A DNA stretch of 64,000 nt from a virus (IMGVR_UViG_2883843030_000002:16370-80369); one strand, 5' to 3'; positions 36,966 through 47,194 are shown, counted from the stretch's first letter. Numbers and translations: made by a program. The notes: generated from the sequence alone by a model not told the origin.

Positions 36966-37017
36966 CACCTAAGTTGATAACTTGACAAGAGAGTCAGTAA
37001 TACAACAGACATACAAT

Positions 37018-37188
37018 AGCCTAATCGTCGTCGAACTACCACCTTGATAACTCCAGGCTATCGAAAGTTTACCCACTGGGCATTGTGGCTCTGTGTGCAT
37101 ATACGCGCAGGACACGACCTATTGGGTAAACGGCTGTGGTAGGCCGGACGACGTTAGGCTGCTGTCCTGCGTCTTTTTGTGGGTAGTT
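37018..37188 (+). ncRNA. Candidate structured leader/regulatory RNA
   Basis: Nested complementary segments agcctaa/ttaggct, cgtcgtc/gacgacg, ctaccac/gtggtag, gtttaccca/tgggtaaac. Confidence 0.5.
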
Positions 37189-37215
37189 GCCAATAATGAG
37201 CAAATATGAAGTACA

Positions 37216-37701
37216 ATGGTAACTATCAAGCATAACATCGACGAAATTCAATTCAAATATCTTTGGGCTAAGTATGTAAAGGGTTCCAATCTCGATCGAC
37301 ACTGCGCCCAATGCGTTCCGGGCAAGTTCAGCAAGAAGTTCTCCGGAGCCTGGAACAGCAATCTTCTTCAGCAGCCGGTTTTGAAAATGGATGAGGTCGC
37401 TGACGGAGAGTATCAGGCAATATATTTTTGCGGAGTATTTAAAAAAGGGTTCTCCACCAAGAAAAACTATCCTCATAACTTACACCTTGCGGTCATTCCT
37501 GAAGAGGGCCGAAGTGACGTCTTTGATTTCGAGAATTGGCATATTGAGATTGAAGGCGGATATATTTCACGCATCCCTGCTGAAGAGGAACTTGACGATA
37601 GATTCTTCAATGCTCCATACGACTATCACTATTACACCTGTCGAATATTCAGGTGGATGGTGGGCTTCTTTTACCCCGAACTTCTAAAACCTACTATATG
37701 A
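37216..37701 (+). CDS. Cys/His-rich protein, paralog of 51232..51702
   Basis: LWAKYVKG..L..HCAQC, YFCGV, NLH, TCR. Confidence 0.75.
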   Translation: MVTIKHNIDEIQFKYLWAKYVKGSNLDRHCAQCVPGKFSKKFSGAWNSNLLQQPVLKMDEVADGEYQAIYFCGVFKKGFSTKKNYPHNLHLAVIPEEGRSDVFDFENWHIEIEGGYISRIPAEEELDDRFFNAPYDYHYYTCRIFRWMVGFFYPELLKPTI

Positions 37702-38258
37702 AACAAATTATCTTTACGCTCTTGTGTATGATTATCACGACTTCGGCGTATGCGCAGAAGATATTGAGCGATGACACAACCAATGGCACACGTTCGATTA
37801 TTACGAGCAAAGAAAATGTAAAGTCCGGCAACGACCGCATTGTAGTTTATGCCGGCGTAAACCTCATGCAGTCCGGCGACACTCCGACGTACTTTCTGTC
37901 TCTCAAGCTGTCCGCGATGAAACATATGGTTATCAGCAAAGACGGGCGTATAATGCTCAAAGATTCCGAGGGCAATGTTGTTACGCTCACTACATCCCAA
38001 GGCAGCTACGGGTCGGATATGAAGAACGTAGGCGGTTTCAACTTATACGAAATCAATGTTGACTATCCAATCTCCTACGAACAGTTGCAACAGCTCGCTA
38101 AGGGAGTTGCCAAGATTCGTATTGAACTTGATAACGATGAGCCATTCAACAAAGAGTACAAGAAAGACAAGATTGGCAAGGTTCTCACGACCGATTTAAG
38201 CCTTATTGCCGGCGCGCTCGGCACTGACAAAAAGGCTTCTTTCTCGGAAGGGTTCTGA
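37698..38258 (+). CDS. Secreted/periplasmic protein (moron-like)
   Basis: Signal peptide MKQIIFTLLCMIITTSAYA-Q; ATGA overlap with the upstream gene. Confidence 0.75.
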   Translation: MKQIIFTLLCMIITTSAYAQKILSDDTTNGTRSIITSKENVKSGNDRIVVYAGVNLMQSGDTPTYFLSLKLSAMKHMVISKDGRIMLKDSEGNVVTLTTSQGSYGSDMKNVGGFNLYEINVDYPISYEQLQQLAKGVAKIRIELDNDEPFNKEYKKDKIGKVLTTDLSLIAGALGTDKKASFSEGF

Positions 38259-38266
38259 GAGTAATT

Positions 38267-38293
38267 GGGTCGACGGTTATATACCGCCGGCCC
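38267..38293. terminator. Hairpin between convergent genes
   Basis: gggtcgacggt-tatat-accgccggccc. Confidence 0.45.
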
Positions 38294-38296
38294 TAA

Positions 38297-38530
38297 CTAT
38301 ATGCTGACGGTTGTGCGAAAATGGTCGACAATATTATATATGGTCCGCTGGGACTTTGCATACTTGTCTGCAAGGACGCATACACAATAGACCGTCTTGT
38401 GGTTCTGTTTTTTCATGGCGCAAAACTCTTCATAAATCTGGAGATTGTCGATGTCGTTCACACTAATCTGATTGTTTTTCAAGATTTGTAGAAGGCTTTC
38501 GTTGCTTTTGATTAGTTCGTAGCAGTTCAT
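38297..38530 (-). CDS. Small HTH-type protein downstream of tape measure
   Basis: LADKYAKSQRTIYNIV. Confidence 0.6.
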   Translation of the reverse strand: MNCYELIKSNESLLQILKNNQISVNDIDNLQIYEEFCAMKKQNHKTVYCVCVLADKYAKSQRTIYNIVDHFRTTVSI

Positions 38531-38535
38531 ATCTA

Positions 38536-41500
38536 TCAGAAATTATCTAAGTTTTCAATCATATCCACTCTTTCCTGGGCCTCGGTGATTTCTACCACCG
38601 ATACCACGGGTTTAATCTCTCTGGCGGCTCTCTCGAAGGAGTCGGTCATCATTTCAGCACTGTCGACACTCTCGTAAGAGTTGGCTACCTGAATGGGAAC
38701 GCCGGCACCTATGCTATTCATAGCAGCTAGCAGTGGCTCGAACATTCTCGTAGCGCGCGCTGTCATTACATACTCCCCATTGGAGAGCATTGCAGGTATG
38801 CTGTCGCTCGTTCCGGAGCCCGGTCCATTAACCTTACCACCGGTTGCAAACTTCGCGCTTTTGACAGTCGAAATCGCAGTTGCGACATTCGCGAGCACCG
38901 TGGCTACAGTGGTGGCTATTGCCGCAAGGTTCGCAGGGAACGGTAGGGCCGATGCGCTTGCGATACCTGAAGATATGGCTCGGCCGGTGTCGATAGCGAT
39001 TTGAGCAAGGGTGATAACCTTTGCCATCTTAGCAAATGCTGAGTTTTCTTCGCCGAGGGTTTCGAGGAGACCTACAAGCCCATTAGTGACGGCTCGTACG
39101 GCCTGCTGTTTGGCTTGCTCGTTCTTAACATACGCATCATTGATGGCGACCTGCTTGTTTAACCATTCCTGCTTGGCGGCGTTTTGCTCGGCAAGCCATT
39201 CCGCGTCAGTCTGAGTCGATAGTTGACCGCGCTCGATCAGGGCTTCGTAAGCTTTTTGCGCACTTTCCTCTTCAAGCCGGAGTTTTTCAGCTTCAAAACC
39301 ACCGATGGATTCAAGCTTACGTTGCCGATCAGCTTCCATTTCTGTGTCAGTCATCACACGGATGCCTTCACGATGTAGTTGCTTTTCTGTTTCGGCAATA
39401 TCGAGCTGTGCTATTTCGTTCTGTAAAACTTGCTTTTGCCTTTCTATATTGAGGGTTCTGTATTCCTCATCAGCAGCTTCTCGCTCTTTACGGTACTTAT
39501 CGCGAATTGCAGCTAAGGCTTCCTGCCTCTCGGTCTCATTCTCGTAGTCCTTTTCAGCTTGGGCGAGGTCGAGTTTTTCTTTCTGGTCTATGGAAGCAAG
39601 TTTCAGCTCGAGTTCCTGCTTGGTGCCTTCTTCAACAGCAGATAATTTCAGTTCGATTAGCTTGCTGTCGTGCTCGACTTGTTTTTTGATTTCTTCGGCA
39701 TCAAATTCAGCAAGAGCATTAGCTTTCTGCTTCTCGATTGAAGATATAATGCTGAGTATGGCTTCCCGGCTTTTCTCTGTAAGAGTTTTATCTTCGGCAA
39801 GTTTCTTCTTGTAATCTTCAATCTGTCGGTCATATGACAACACCAACTGTTTACGGCGAGTTGCGGCTGCTTGAACGGTTATTTTAAGAAGCTCATCTTC
39901 TGCTTTTCGTAACAGTTCTGCCTCAGTCTTCGCCGGATCTGTGGTTGCAGATTTCGACGATGTCGACTTGGGCGTATTTTTTTTAGGTGTATTTCCGCTT
40001 TCTCCGGATTGAGAGTCTGTTACCGAAGCAGCCGCAGTAGATGTTTTAATCTCAACTTTTTCTAATTTCTTATCCATTTGCGCCCATGCCTCTTTAGTAT
40101 TCTCAACTGTTTCATTGGCGATAGCACTAACTGCTTTTCGAGTAGCACTGCGGAATTGATCCCAACCGGCACTTACATCGTCCCAATTTAAGGTTAATGC
40201 CCCTTTTATGATTTTCGCGAGACCCATAATTTCATCGGCGATAAGACCGCATATGTTCTTAATTACAGACCATGCGGTTTTGAACTGGAGCGTGATTGAT
40301 GCCACCCCAGCTCGAACGACGATAGAATTATTATATAGGTCGATGAACCAATTTACAACTTCTATTAGCCCCTTGACAATCGCAGTTATTCCTTGTGTGA
40401 CAAATAATTTAGCATTGGCTGTCATTGTTTCAAAGGTACCTCCAGTTGTATCGAATAGAGCAGAAAGCGCGGCGTTCAATTCCGTCTGAGCCTGCACCTG
40501 CTCTTCCTGAATCTGTGCAACAATGCCTTGTTTTTCCACACATTCGTCGAGGTTGGTGTTGAGGTCGGCAATCGTTCCAATCATTTTAGCCCCGGCCTCT
40601 ACGCCCTGCTGTCCAAATACATTCTTCAGCGTCTCGCCAACTACCTGTGAATCGGCGGGCATGTCTTTGAGTTTTCCGGCAACTTCCTGAAGCACGTCGA
40701 ATGTAGTCTTAGAGCCGTCTGATATATCTTTCTGCACCTGCTTAGCGTTGATACCAATGGCTTTCAAAGAATCTGCGGTAGCCGTCGACATTTCACGAAT
40801 GCGCTCGTTACCTTCTTTGAGAGATTCCAAACCTTTATCGCCCCAAAGACCAGTAGAAGTCTGCGAGACAATTGCCATATATTGCTTAGCCGACATTCCC
40901 ATTTCGTTGAATGCGGCGGGCATCTTCTGAAGTTTGTCAAGCATGTCACCACCGATGTTTCCACCGGCTTCATAGCCTTCTTTTATAGTATCAAGTGCTT
41001 CCTGCCACGATATGCCAAACTGCGCCACCAGAACGTCTGCGGTAGCCAGGACGTCTTGAAAATCGTCTCCGAATACGTCGCATATAGCTGTCACTTGGTC
41101 TCGATAAGCCCTCATGTCATCACCTGCCAGCCCTGTGAACTGTTTTGTTAGTCGACTGGCTTCCTCAAGTCCTTTGTTGTAGTCATACCACGCCTTTGCA
41201 AGCATGACAGTACCGGCAAGACCTAAAAAGGCTAAAACATACGGATTGGAGAGCAGACCGAGTAGGGTTTTCCATAAGGCTTTGGCCTTTACATTTAGAC
41301 CTTCCATTACGGACCCCGCTGAGTTTCTAGAAAGAGCCTCAAGGGAACTGCCAAATTTTGTATTTATTCCTACAAGTTCTCCGAGGGAATCAACAAGACC
41401 GGTACTCTGGTCCTCATGTTCTTGTATGACGGCATTGTTTTCTTCAATCTTCTTGTTGAGGGTTTCGATTGCGTCGGCCGCGCCTTCCGCAGACGGGTCT

Positions 41501-42081
41501 ATGCTAGCGAGGGCGCGGCGGAGAACTTCGTTAGCATCCTCGGCTTCCTCTGCGGTCTTACACTCTTTCGACAGTGCTTCTATCAGTCCGTTGGTGGCAT
41601 TAGCGGCCTGGCCCATGGCGTTAGGGTAGTTGCCTACATTGCGGAAGAAACGCTGCGTGCCCTGCTCGGCTTCCTTGAGTTTGGTGGTAAGTTCATTTAT
41701 CTGGGCTTTCAGGTTCTCTCCGACTTCACCGGTTCGGTCCGCTTCACTCAGACGGTCATACTCTGCAGTCAGGTTCGACAGTTCTGCTCGCCATTGCACA
41801 AGAGAGCCGAGGTTCTCCTGCTGGGCTTTCTCCTGATTATTGATTTGCCGCGTGAGGGTATTTATGGCCGCGTTCTGCTGGTTTATGAATATGCGGGTTG
41901 TTTCTACCTGCCGGGCATATTCTTCCTGGCTGATATTACCCTCGTCAAGCTCCTTTTTGAGTTCCTTTTGACGAGCCATAGCATCAGCCACCTCTTTGCG
42001 GTACTTGGCAATCTGATCCAGGGCATCTTTATATCGCACCTGAATGTCCAATATTTTCGTTTTTACGTCGTTGTTAGCCAT
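38536..42081 (-). CDS. Tail tape measure protein
   Basis: 1181 aa, helical and Ala-rich; RNVGNY; C-terminal FATGG.V.GPGSGTSDSIPAMLSNGE. Confidence 0.92.
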   Translation of the reverse strand: MANNDVKTKILDIQVRYKDALDQIAKYRKEVADAMARQKELKKELDEGNISQEEYARQVETTRIFINQQNAAINTLTRQINNQEKAQQENLGSLVQWRAELSNLTAEYDRLSEADRTGEVGENLKAQINELTTKLKEAEQGTQRFFRNVGNYPNAMGQAANATNGLIEALSKECKTAEEAEDANEVLRRALASIDPSAEGAADAIETLNKKIEENNAVIQEHEDQSTGLVDSLGELVGINTKFGSSLEALSRNSAGSVMEGLNVKAKALWKTLLGLLSNPYVLAFLGLAGTVMLAKAWYDYNKGLEEASRLTKQFTGLAGDDMRAYRDQVTAICDVFGDDFQDVLATADVLVAQFGISWQEALDTIKEGYEAGGNIGGDMLDKLQKMPAAFNEMGMSAKQYMAIVSQTSTGLWGDKGLESLKEGNERIREMSTATADSLKAIGINAKQVQKDISDGSKTTFDVLQEVAGKLKDMPADSQVVGETLKNVFGQQGVEAGAKMIGTIADLNTNLDECVEKQGIVAQIQEEQVQAQTELNAALSALFDTTGGTFETMTANAKLFVTQGITAIVKGLIEVVNWFIDLYNNSIVVRAGVASITLQFKTAWSVIKNICGLIADEIMGLAKIIKGALTLNWDDVSAGWDQFRSATRKAVSAIANETVENTKEAWAQMDKKLEKVEIKTSTAAASVTDSQSGESGNTPKKNTPKSTSSKSATTDPAKTEAELLRKAEDELLKITVQAAATRRKQLVLSYDRQIEDYKKKLAEDKTLTEKSREAILSIISSIEKQKANALAEFDAEEIKKQVEHDSKLIELKLSAVEEGTKQELELKLASIDQKEKLDLAQAEKDYENETERQEALAAIRDKYRKEREAADEEYRTLNIERQKQVLQNEIAQLDIAETEKQLHREGIRVMTDTEMEADRQRKLESIGGFEAEKLRLEEESAQKAYEALIERGQLSTQTDAEWLAEQNAAKQEWLNKQVAINDAYVKNEQAKQQAVRAVTNGLVGLLETLGEENSAFAKMAKVITLAQIAIDTGRAISSGIASASALPFPANLAAIATTVATVLANVATAISTVKSAKFATGGKVNGPGSGTSDSIPAMLSNGEYVMTARATRMFEPLLAAMNSIGAGVPIQVANSYESVDSAEMMTDSFERAAREIKPVVSVVEITEAQERVDMIENLDNF

Positions 42082-42082
42082 A

Positions 42083-44158
42083 TTATTCTTCCTCCGGGAG
42101 TTTTAGCAGTTCGCATTTACATATACCCTTGCTGTCGCGAGTAATTGTCACTATGGCAAAAAAAGCACAGTATTTCGACAAGTACACTGGCGTAGAGTAG
42201 TCTAATATCCTCAAATCATGTTCATTTAAGCGCAGATTTTCTGAGATGATTACGGGGTTCTCCATTATTTTTGACAGGTATGAATACGATGAGTCGTTAT
42301 TTATCCTCGGAAAATCATTCCATACCTCCATACCCATCCATATTATACCGGTCGGTGTTCCCGGTGAAGAGTATTGGATGAATGGTTTAATCATGCCAAA
42401 ACAAGGTTTCGCCTCTTTGGTCTTCACTTCGTCATTTTCGACATACCAAAATTTCATGGTATCACCTGTCTGCCGTTTGGGATCTTTCTTGTTTTTTATA
42501 TAAGGAGCGTAAAACGGAAGTTGAATGATGGTTTTGTTTTTTTCGATTACTTCATTTTGAACACGAATTATACCGATTCCACTTTCGTAGACATCTGTTT
42601 CGTCTTCGTCGGCGTCACTATCTACATTGTCGTTCTTCATAATGTAATAGTTATTTTGACCAAAACCATTTACGCTATAAGTTGTTTTACTTGGTAACGT
42701 TGCATACTCAGACGTAATCTTACTGCTCCAATCTAAGGAGTTGCCCGCAAGGAGTTTTCCTCTTATGTCAGTATAGAAGACCGGAATTATCTCATTGGCA
42801 TTATTAATAGTAGGAAATGCTCCCATCATAAAGAATAGGGACTTCATTAGCGTCAAGCAGCTAATGTCGGGAAGATTACTCATTAGGTCCATTGGCATTG
42901 AGCCAGCTTCACTTTCAGTTTCATTCCATTTGATACTATCTATGGAATAGGTTGAATAAAGTCGAGTATATGAGTTTTCTAAAATTCCTGAAACGCTGAA
43001 TCTATTAAGTCCACAAGTGAAAGCCATGAATACAGTGGCCCCCGACGGGAGTGTAAAGGTCAAGCGGTCTTTGCCATTCTTTTGGGAGAAATCAAAGACC
43101 CAGCAAAGAATTCCGCTAGAAGATACTCCATATTTCCCCTCTATTCCTGCGACCTCATTTGTGTCGATAAAAAATGAAAGTTTGGGAGAACTGCCTGCCG
43201 ATTCGTTGAGCGTCACATCCCAGTCATATCGGTCAGGACGCCACATAAAATTGGCACAGAATTGGCTGTCGGCATCTATTTCTAGTGCAGATTTACTTAT
43301 ATTGGTAATGCTTATCACGCTTCCTGCGTCATTCTTATTTACTCGCAGGAAATTAGCATCAACAGTCCCGAAGGCATTTGTCGGGCTAACAATTACATTG
43401 CCAATACCATTTATCGACTGGCCGTTTACGAAGCCCATTAAGAGCGATGCTATTTCTTTTTCTTCTTCATCTGAAACATTTATTGCAGGAATTACCCCCA
43501 TTTTGATAATGTCGTGAGTATCGGCCTCTTCGCCATAGACATAAGCTTTACCGAGATTGAATTTAGTTCCAAACTGAGTGTTTATCAATTCAATAAGTCG
43601 ATAAACAGGAATGGCCGGTAGAGGGAAAAAGGAGTAGGTGTTATAGATATTTTTATTGCCGCCTTCGCTGATATAGGGTAGTCCTGCATTATATAGTGGT
43701 TGGACGTAGTTCAGGGTATTTTTGTAATCTCCAATCTTAGCATTACATGGGCCAAAAATTGGTTTGGCTTCTAAAGGCAACTCACGAATAGATATGTCAT
43801 TATCTTTCAATGCTTGAAAGCCGTCAATAACCCCCCAAGTCATTACAGCATTAAAACATGTTTCGGTGCTGTCGATATACAGATTCGCATTTGAAAATAG
43901 AGGTATGCCATTCTGCATGTACTCTGCTTTCAGTCTCCTGCGGATTTTAGAAGAAATACAGCGAATATCATCCGCGTTATTGAGGATACGCCGGTTGTTC
44001 GCAGTCATTGGCAGCCTGAAAGTGTATGTGCGAGAGCAGGTGATCTTTGACAAATCACCAAAGATATTGCTCGCGAAATTTAAGGTTATTCCGCTCGGCA
44101 TGGAAAGGTCTACTTTAAACCTTTGCCCGTTGTCTATGATATATAATTCTTCGTACAT
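42083..44158 (-). CDS. Tail tip/baseplate hub-like protein
   Basis: ITLNFASNIFGDLSKI..SRTYTFRLPMTANN N-terminus typical of Bacteroidetes siphophage tail proteins. Confidence 0.7.
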   Translation of the reverse strand: MYEELYIIDNGQRFKVDLSMPSGITLNFASNIFGDLSKITCSRTYTFRLPMTANNRRILNNADDIRCISSKIRRRLKAEYMQNGIPLFSNANLYIDSTETCFNAVMTWGVIDGFQALKDNDISIRELPLEAKPIFGPCNAKIGDYKNTLNYVQPLYNAGLPYISEGGNKNIYNTYSFFPLPAIPVYRLIELINTQFGTKFNLGKAYVYGEEADTHDIIKMGVIPAINVSDEEEKEIASLLMGFVNGQSINGIGNVIVSPTNAFGTVDANFLRVNKNDAGSVISITNISKSALEIDADSQFCANFMWRPDRYDWDVTLNESAGSSPKLSFFIDTNEVAGIEGKYGVSSSGILCWVFDFSQKNGKDRLTFTLPSGATVFMAFTCGLNRFSVSGILENSYTRLYSTYSIDSIKWNETESEAGSMPMDLMSNLPDISCLTLMKSLFFMMGAFPTINNANEIIPVFYTDIRGKLLAGNSLDWSSKITSEYATLPSKTTYSVNGFGQNNYYIMKNDNVDSDADEDETDVYESGIGIIRVQNEVIEKNKTIIQLPFYAPYIKNKKDPKRQTGDTMKFWYVENDEVKTKEAKPCFGMIKPFIQYSSPGTPTGIIWMGMEVWNDFPRINNDSSYSYLSKIMENPVIISENLRLNEHDLRILDYSTPVYLSKYCAFFAIVTITRDSKGICKCELLKLPEEE

Positions 44159-44161
44159 AGT

Positions 44162-45601
44162 CTATAATGACTGAGCGTTAATATCTGGTTGCGCGAAACT
44201 AAATTCCAGATCGTTCAAGACGTTGCCATTTTTGTATGATACAGTTCCATCTTGAATCTGTATGGGCTGCCAGATGGCGTCTCCGTTATTATCAACTCCT
44301 ATATAGAGGTCAACTATCGGTGCCGTTAGAATTGTAACAACATATTCGTATATTTCATCAGGTAAGCTTACGGCGCAACACTTATGTGTAACGGAACATT
44401 CAATACTCCTACTTCGGTTGTGATTGGCAAAATACATACCGCCTATTGGATTGTCATTCACCACAACATCAGAGCTGAGCTTGTTTTTGTATGCAATCTG
44501 CCCCTTGCGGAATAAGAAGTATTGGAGATTTCCCTGCCGGTCAATCCATCGTAGATAGTAACCGTCGGTATCATTGCAAATCTGCATTTTTATCAACACG
44601 AGGTTTTCCCCGGTTTGGAAGAAAGTATAGTCGAATGTATTATCGAATACAGACATGAGTCTTGCTTCCTCTGATACACGGTATTTGATTGTAGCGTTGC
44701 GCTGGGCAGTCGGGAATACTTGATTCAAAGGAATATCCTCGAAACCTAAATCCGAGAACATACCACAATAAACAAGTTCGTCACTGATAAATCTATATCT
44801 CGCGTATCCGGTCGGAGTCTCAAGCAGATAAGTTACATTAGATAATGGCTTGTTGTCATTGGCACTGTTACAATAGTCCGATGTATTGCCAAAGAACTCA
44901 TTTTCATCGCCGGTCCAGTTCGCATAGAATTTACCATCCTTTTTTACAACGAAACGTTTCTTCTGCGCGTAATAGACAACTTCAAAAGGCAAAGATACTG
45001 TACCAGATGTTAGGGAGGGAATATCAGGAGCCAACTTTTCCAGTTTCTCGAAGAAGCATACTTTTGTATCTTGGCATATTGGTTCGTTGCTATATACTCC
45101 GCCGTCGAACTTCCCGAAGAATTGTACCTCACGATTATACCTGAAAAGAGATACAGTGAACGGGAACTTCTTAAACCATATTAGATTCCTTTCGTAATAA
45201 GGCTTGTTAGCGGATCTGTTGAACACTCCGATGTTGCCGAACCGCTCGCCAAGAGCCAAATTTCCCCAAATTACCAAGGTCGAGAATGTGAACAGATTGA
45301 GGGAAGCCACTTTGACGGTCACTGAAACTTCTATGCATCGCTGATTTTGAGGGTCGTCAAACATCAACTCAAAGAGCCGACTGAGATATATCTTAGCTCG
45401 GCCCATATACATCGAAACCTTGATAGTTTGCTCGTCAACGGCAGAAGAGCCACTTATTTTTTGCACAACCACAGTCAAGACTCCGGCGGGCCATGCGGAT
45501 TCTATCTCTATGAAATTGGGATTGAAAGCAAAGCAGACCTCATCGGGGTACTTAGCCACCGAGTCAGCTATGTTTACAAATTTGAATGTTTCGGTTCTCA
45601 T
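44162..45601 (-). CDS. Putative tail protein
   Basis: 479 aa; YPD..FAFNP, YLRWIDRQG...YFLF. Confidence 0.65.
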   Translation of the reverse strand: MRTETFKFVNIADSVAKYPDEVCFAFNPNFIEIESAWPAGVLTVVVQKISGSSAVDEQTIKVSMYMGRAKIYLSRLFELMFDDPQNQRCIEVSVTVKVASLNLFTFSTLVIWGNLALGERFGNIGVFNRSANKPYYERNLIWFKKFPFTVSLFRYNREVQFFGKFDGGVYSNEPICQDTKVCFFEKLEKLAPDIPSLTSGTVSLPFEVVYYAQKKRFVVKKDGKFYANWTGDENEFFGNTSDYCNSANDNKPLSNVTYLLETPTGYARYRFISDELVYCGMFSDLGFEDIPLNQVFPTAQRNATIKYRVSEEARLMSVFDNTFDYTFFQTGENLVLIKMQICNDTDGYYLRWIDRQGNLQYFLFRKGQIAYKNKLSSDVVVNDNPIGGMYFANHNRSRSIECSVTHKCCAVSLPDEIYEYVVTILTAPIVDLYIGVDNNGDAIWQPIQIQDGTVSYKNGNVLNDLEFSFAQPDINAQSL

Positions 45602-46083
45602 TGCGTACTGTCATTTATGGTCGACACTTGGTCGAGCAGATTAATAGCCATAGCCTCGCTCATCTTATCAAGCTCTTCATTTAGCACTGTTGTGAAAATG
45701 TCATCATACTGTTTGGTGCGATGCAATTTGGTTCCTTTCTTCATGATATTAAAAGCTACCGCGCCGGCAAAAGAGCGCATAACAGATTCCTGGTTCGCAT
45801 TCTGTCCGTACTTAGCCTTAGCAGATATACCTTTTGCCTGTGCCCACGCCATAATAATTTCAACGAAGTTCATCGGAACGGCACCAGGTCCTCGACCACG
45901 TTCCATAGCAAGAAACGCCTTAGAACCCCACAGAATAGCATGTCCGTCGCCTACCTCAACTTTGAGAGAAGCGACTGTACGACCACTGGCGTTACGCTTA
46001 TTCATTGCCATGCGCTCCGCAATCTTGGTCTTGATATTGTTCAGGTGTTCCCTGAGAATTTCGTTGGTATCTGCCATAATCAT
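45598..46083 (-). CDS. Putative neck/tail completion protein (HK97 gp10-like)
   Basis: ASGRT..SL, ERGRGPG, IMAWAQAKG. Confidence 0.6.
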   Translation of the reverse strand: MIMADTNEILREHLNNIKTKIAERMAMNKRNASGRTVASLKVEVGDGHAILWGSKAFLAMERGRGPGAVPMNFVEIIMAWAQAKGISAKAKYGQNANQESVMRSFAGAVAFNIMKKGTKLHRTKQYDDIFTTVLNEELDKMSEAMAINLLDQVSTINDSTQ

Positions 46084-46595
46084 TCAGTCTTGTCTGGAGA
46101 TTCTTTGGGAGTCTCGTACTCGTCCTCACAAAGAGATACGCCCTCTTCCTCTTCGAGTATCGGTGTGATGACTATTCCGGTCACATTCTCATCAAGGTGG
46201 TCGTATAAAACCTGGTATGGAAGTTTGCCCTCAAGCTCCGAGAAATATCCACTATCGTTTATAGCTTTGATGAAACGATAGCACAGCCGCTTCATCTGCT
46301 CAATTAGCGCGTCGTTCTCTTCGCTCTCAAAATCAAATTCGGTCGAGCACAAGAACGCAATCTGCGCTTCGGGAAAATCTCGTATCTCTTGCCGGTTAGC
46401 ATCAATGTAGAAATCGCCTGACGGGGGAAGAACATACACAATCGTAGGCTTCCTGATAGTATCCATTTCCACATTGAGTGTAGCCCAGTTATAGAAACGA
46501 TACTCAACATCTGCTCCCATCTTCTCCACAATGCTGCGCACTTTGCCCTCTACCGTTCCGAGAGCCTTGTCGTTATCGAATGCCGGGTTCTTCAT
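46080..46595 (-). CDS. Putative tail terminator/completion protein
   Basis: 171 aa acidic; position in tail operon. Confidence 0.5.
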   Translation of the reverse strand: MKNPAFDNDKALGTVEGKVRSIVEKMGADVEYRFYNWATLNVEMDTIRKPTIVYVLPPSGDFYIDANRQEIRDFPEAQIAFLCSTEFDFESEENDALIEQMKRLCYRFIKAINDSGYFSELEGKLPYQVLYDHLDENVTGIVITPILEEEEGVSLCEDEYETPKESPDKTE

Positions 46596-47194
46596 CTTCT
46601 CTTGGCTTGGTTCATATATTGTTTGTGGAGCCGTCGCTCGTAGTTGTTCTGCTCAGTATCATTCTTCATACAGTTGTAGATACGCACCCAGGCCACATCG
46701 CGGACCTCATTCTGATTCGTGATACCCATTCTGCGGGCATACCAGTCGAGGACGCCGAATGGCCCAAACTGCAAATCTTTCACACCGGCCGCAAGTTCGT
46801 CGGAAGAATAGTTTACTTTGAGCGACGAGAACAATTCGTTGATTTTCTCTATCTGCCTTCTGCAGAAATGCATGAAGCCAAACACGTCAAAAACATTCAA
46901 CGAATAAGCCTCTTTTGGCGAAATGTCAAGCAATATTCGCAGGCACTCCACAGCGGGGTCGTCGGCACTGGCAGCGTTACGGAGCTCGTCAAGCTTGCCA
47001 TAGCTGATGGCAAAGAGGTCTTTGGGGACTTCCTTGCCACAAAGGAAACCTGGGCATTTAGCCTTATCGAGCGTCGCTATCAATTCGTCTTGGTGCGTCT
47101 TTCTGCAACAAGGGAATAGTACGAGGAATTCTCCGTATGTATATCGGCGTTCTGTTCTCGTCCTTCGTTTTTTATATTTTCGGCTCTTTTTCAT
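46592..47194 (-). CDS. Putative tail assembly chaperone
   Basis: 200 aa; FGVLDWYARRMGI. Confidence 0.5.
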   Translation of the reverse strand: MKKSRKYKKRRTRTERRYTYGEFLVLFPCCRKTHQDELIATLDKAKCPGFLCGKEVPKDLFAISYGKLDELRNAASADDPAVECLRILLDISPKEAYSLNVFDVFGFMHFCRRQIEKINELFSSLKVNYSSDELAAGVKDLQFGPFGVLDWYARRMGITNQNEVRDVAWVRIYNCMKNDTEQNNYERRLHKQYMNQAKRR

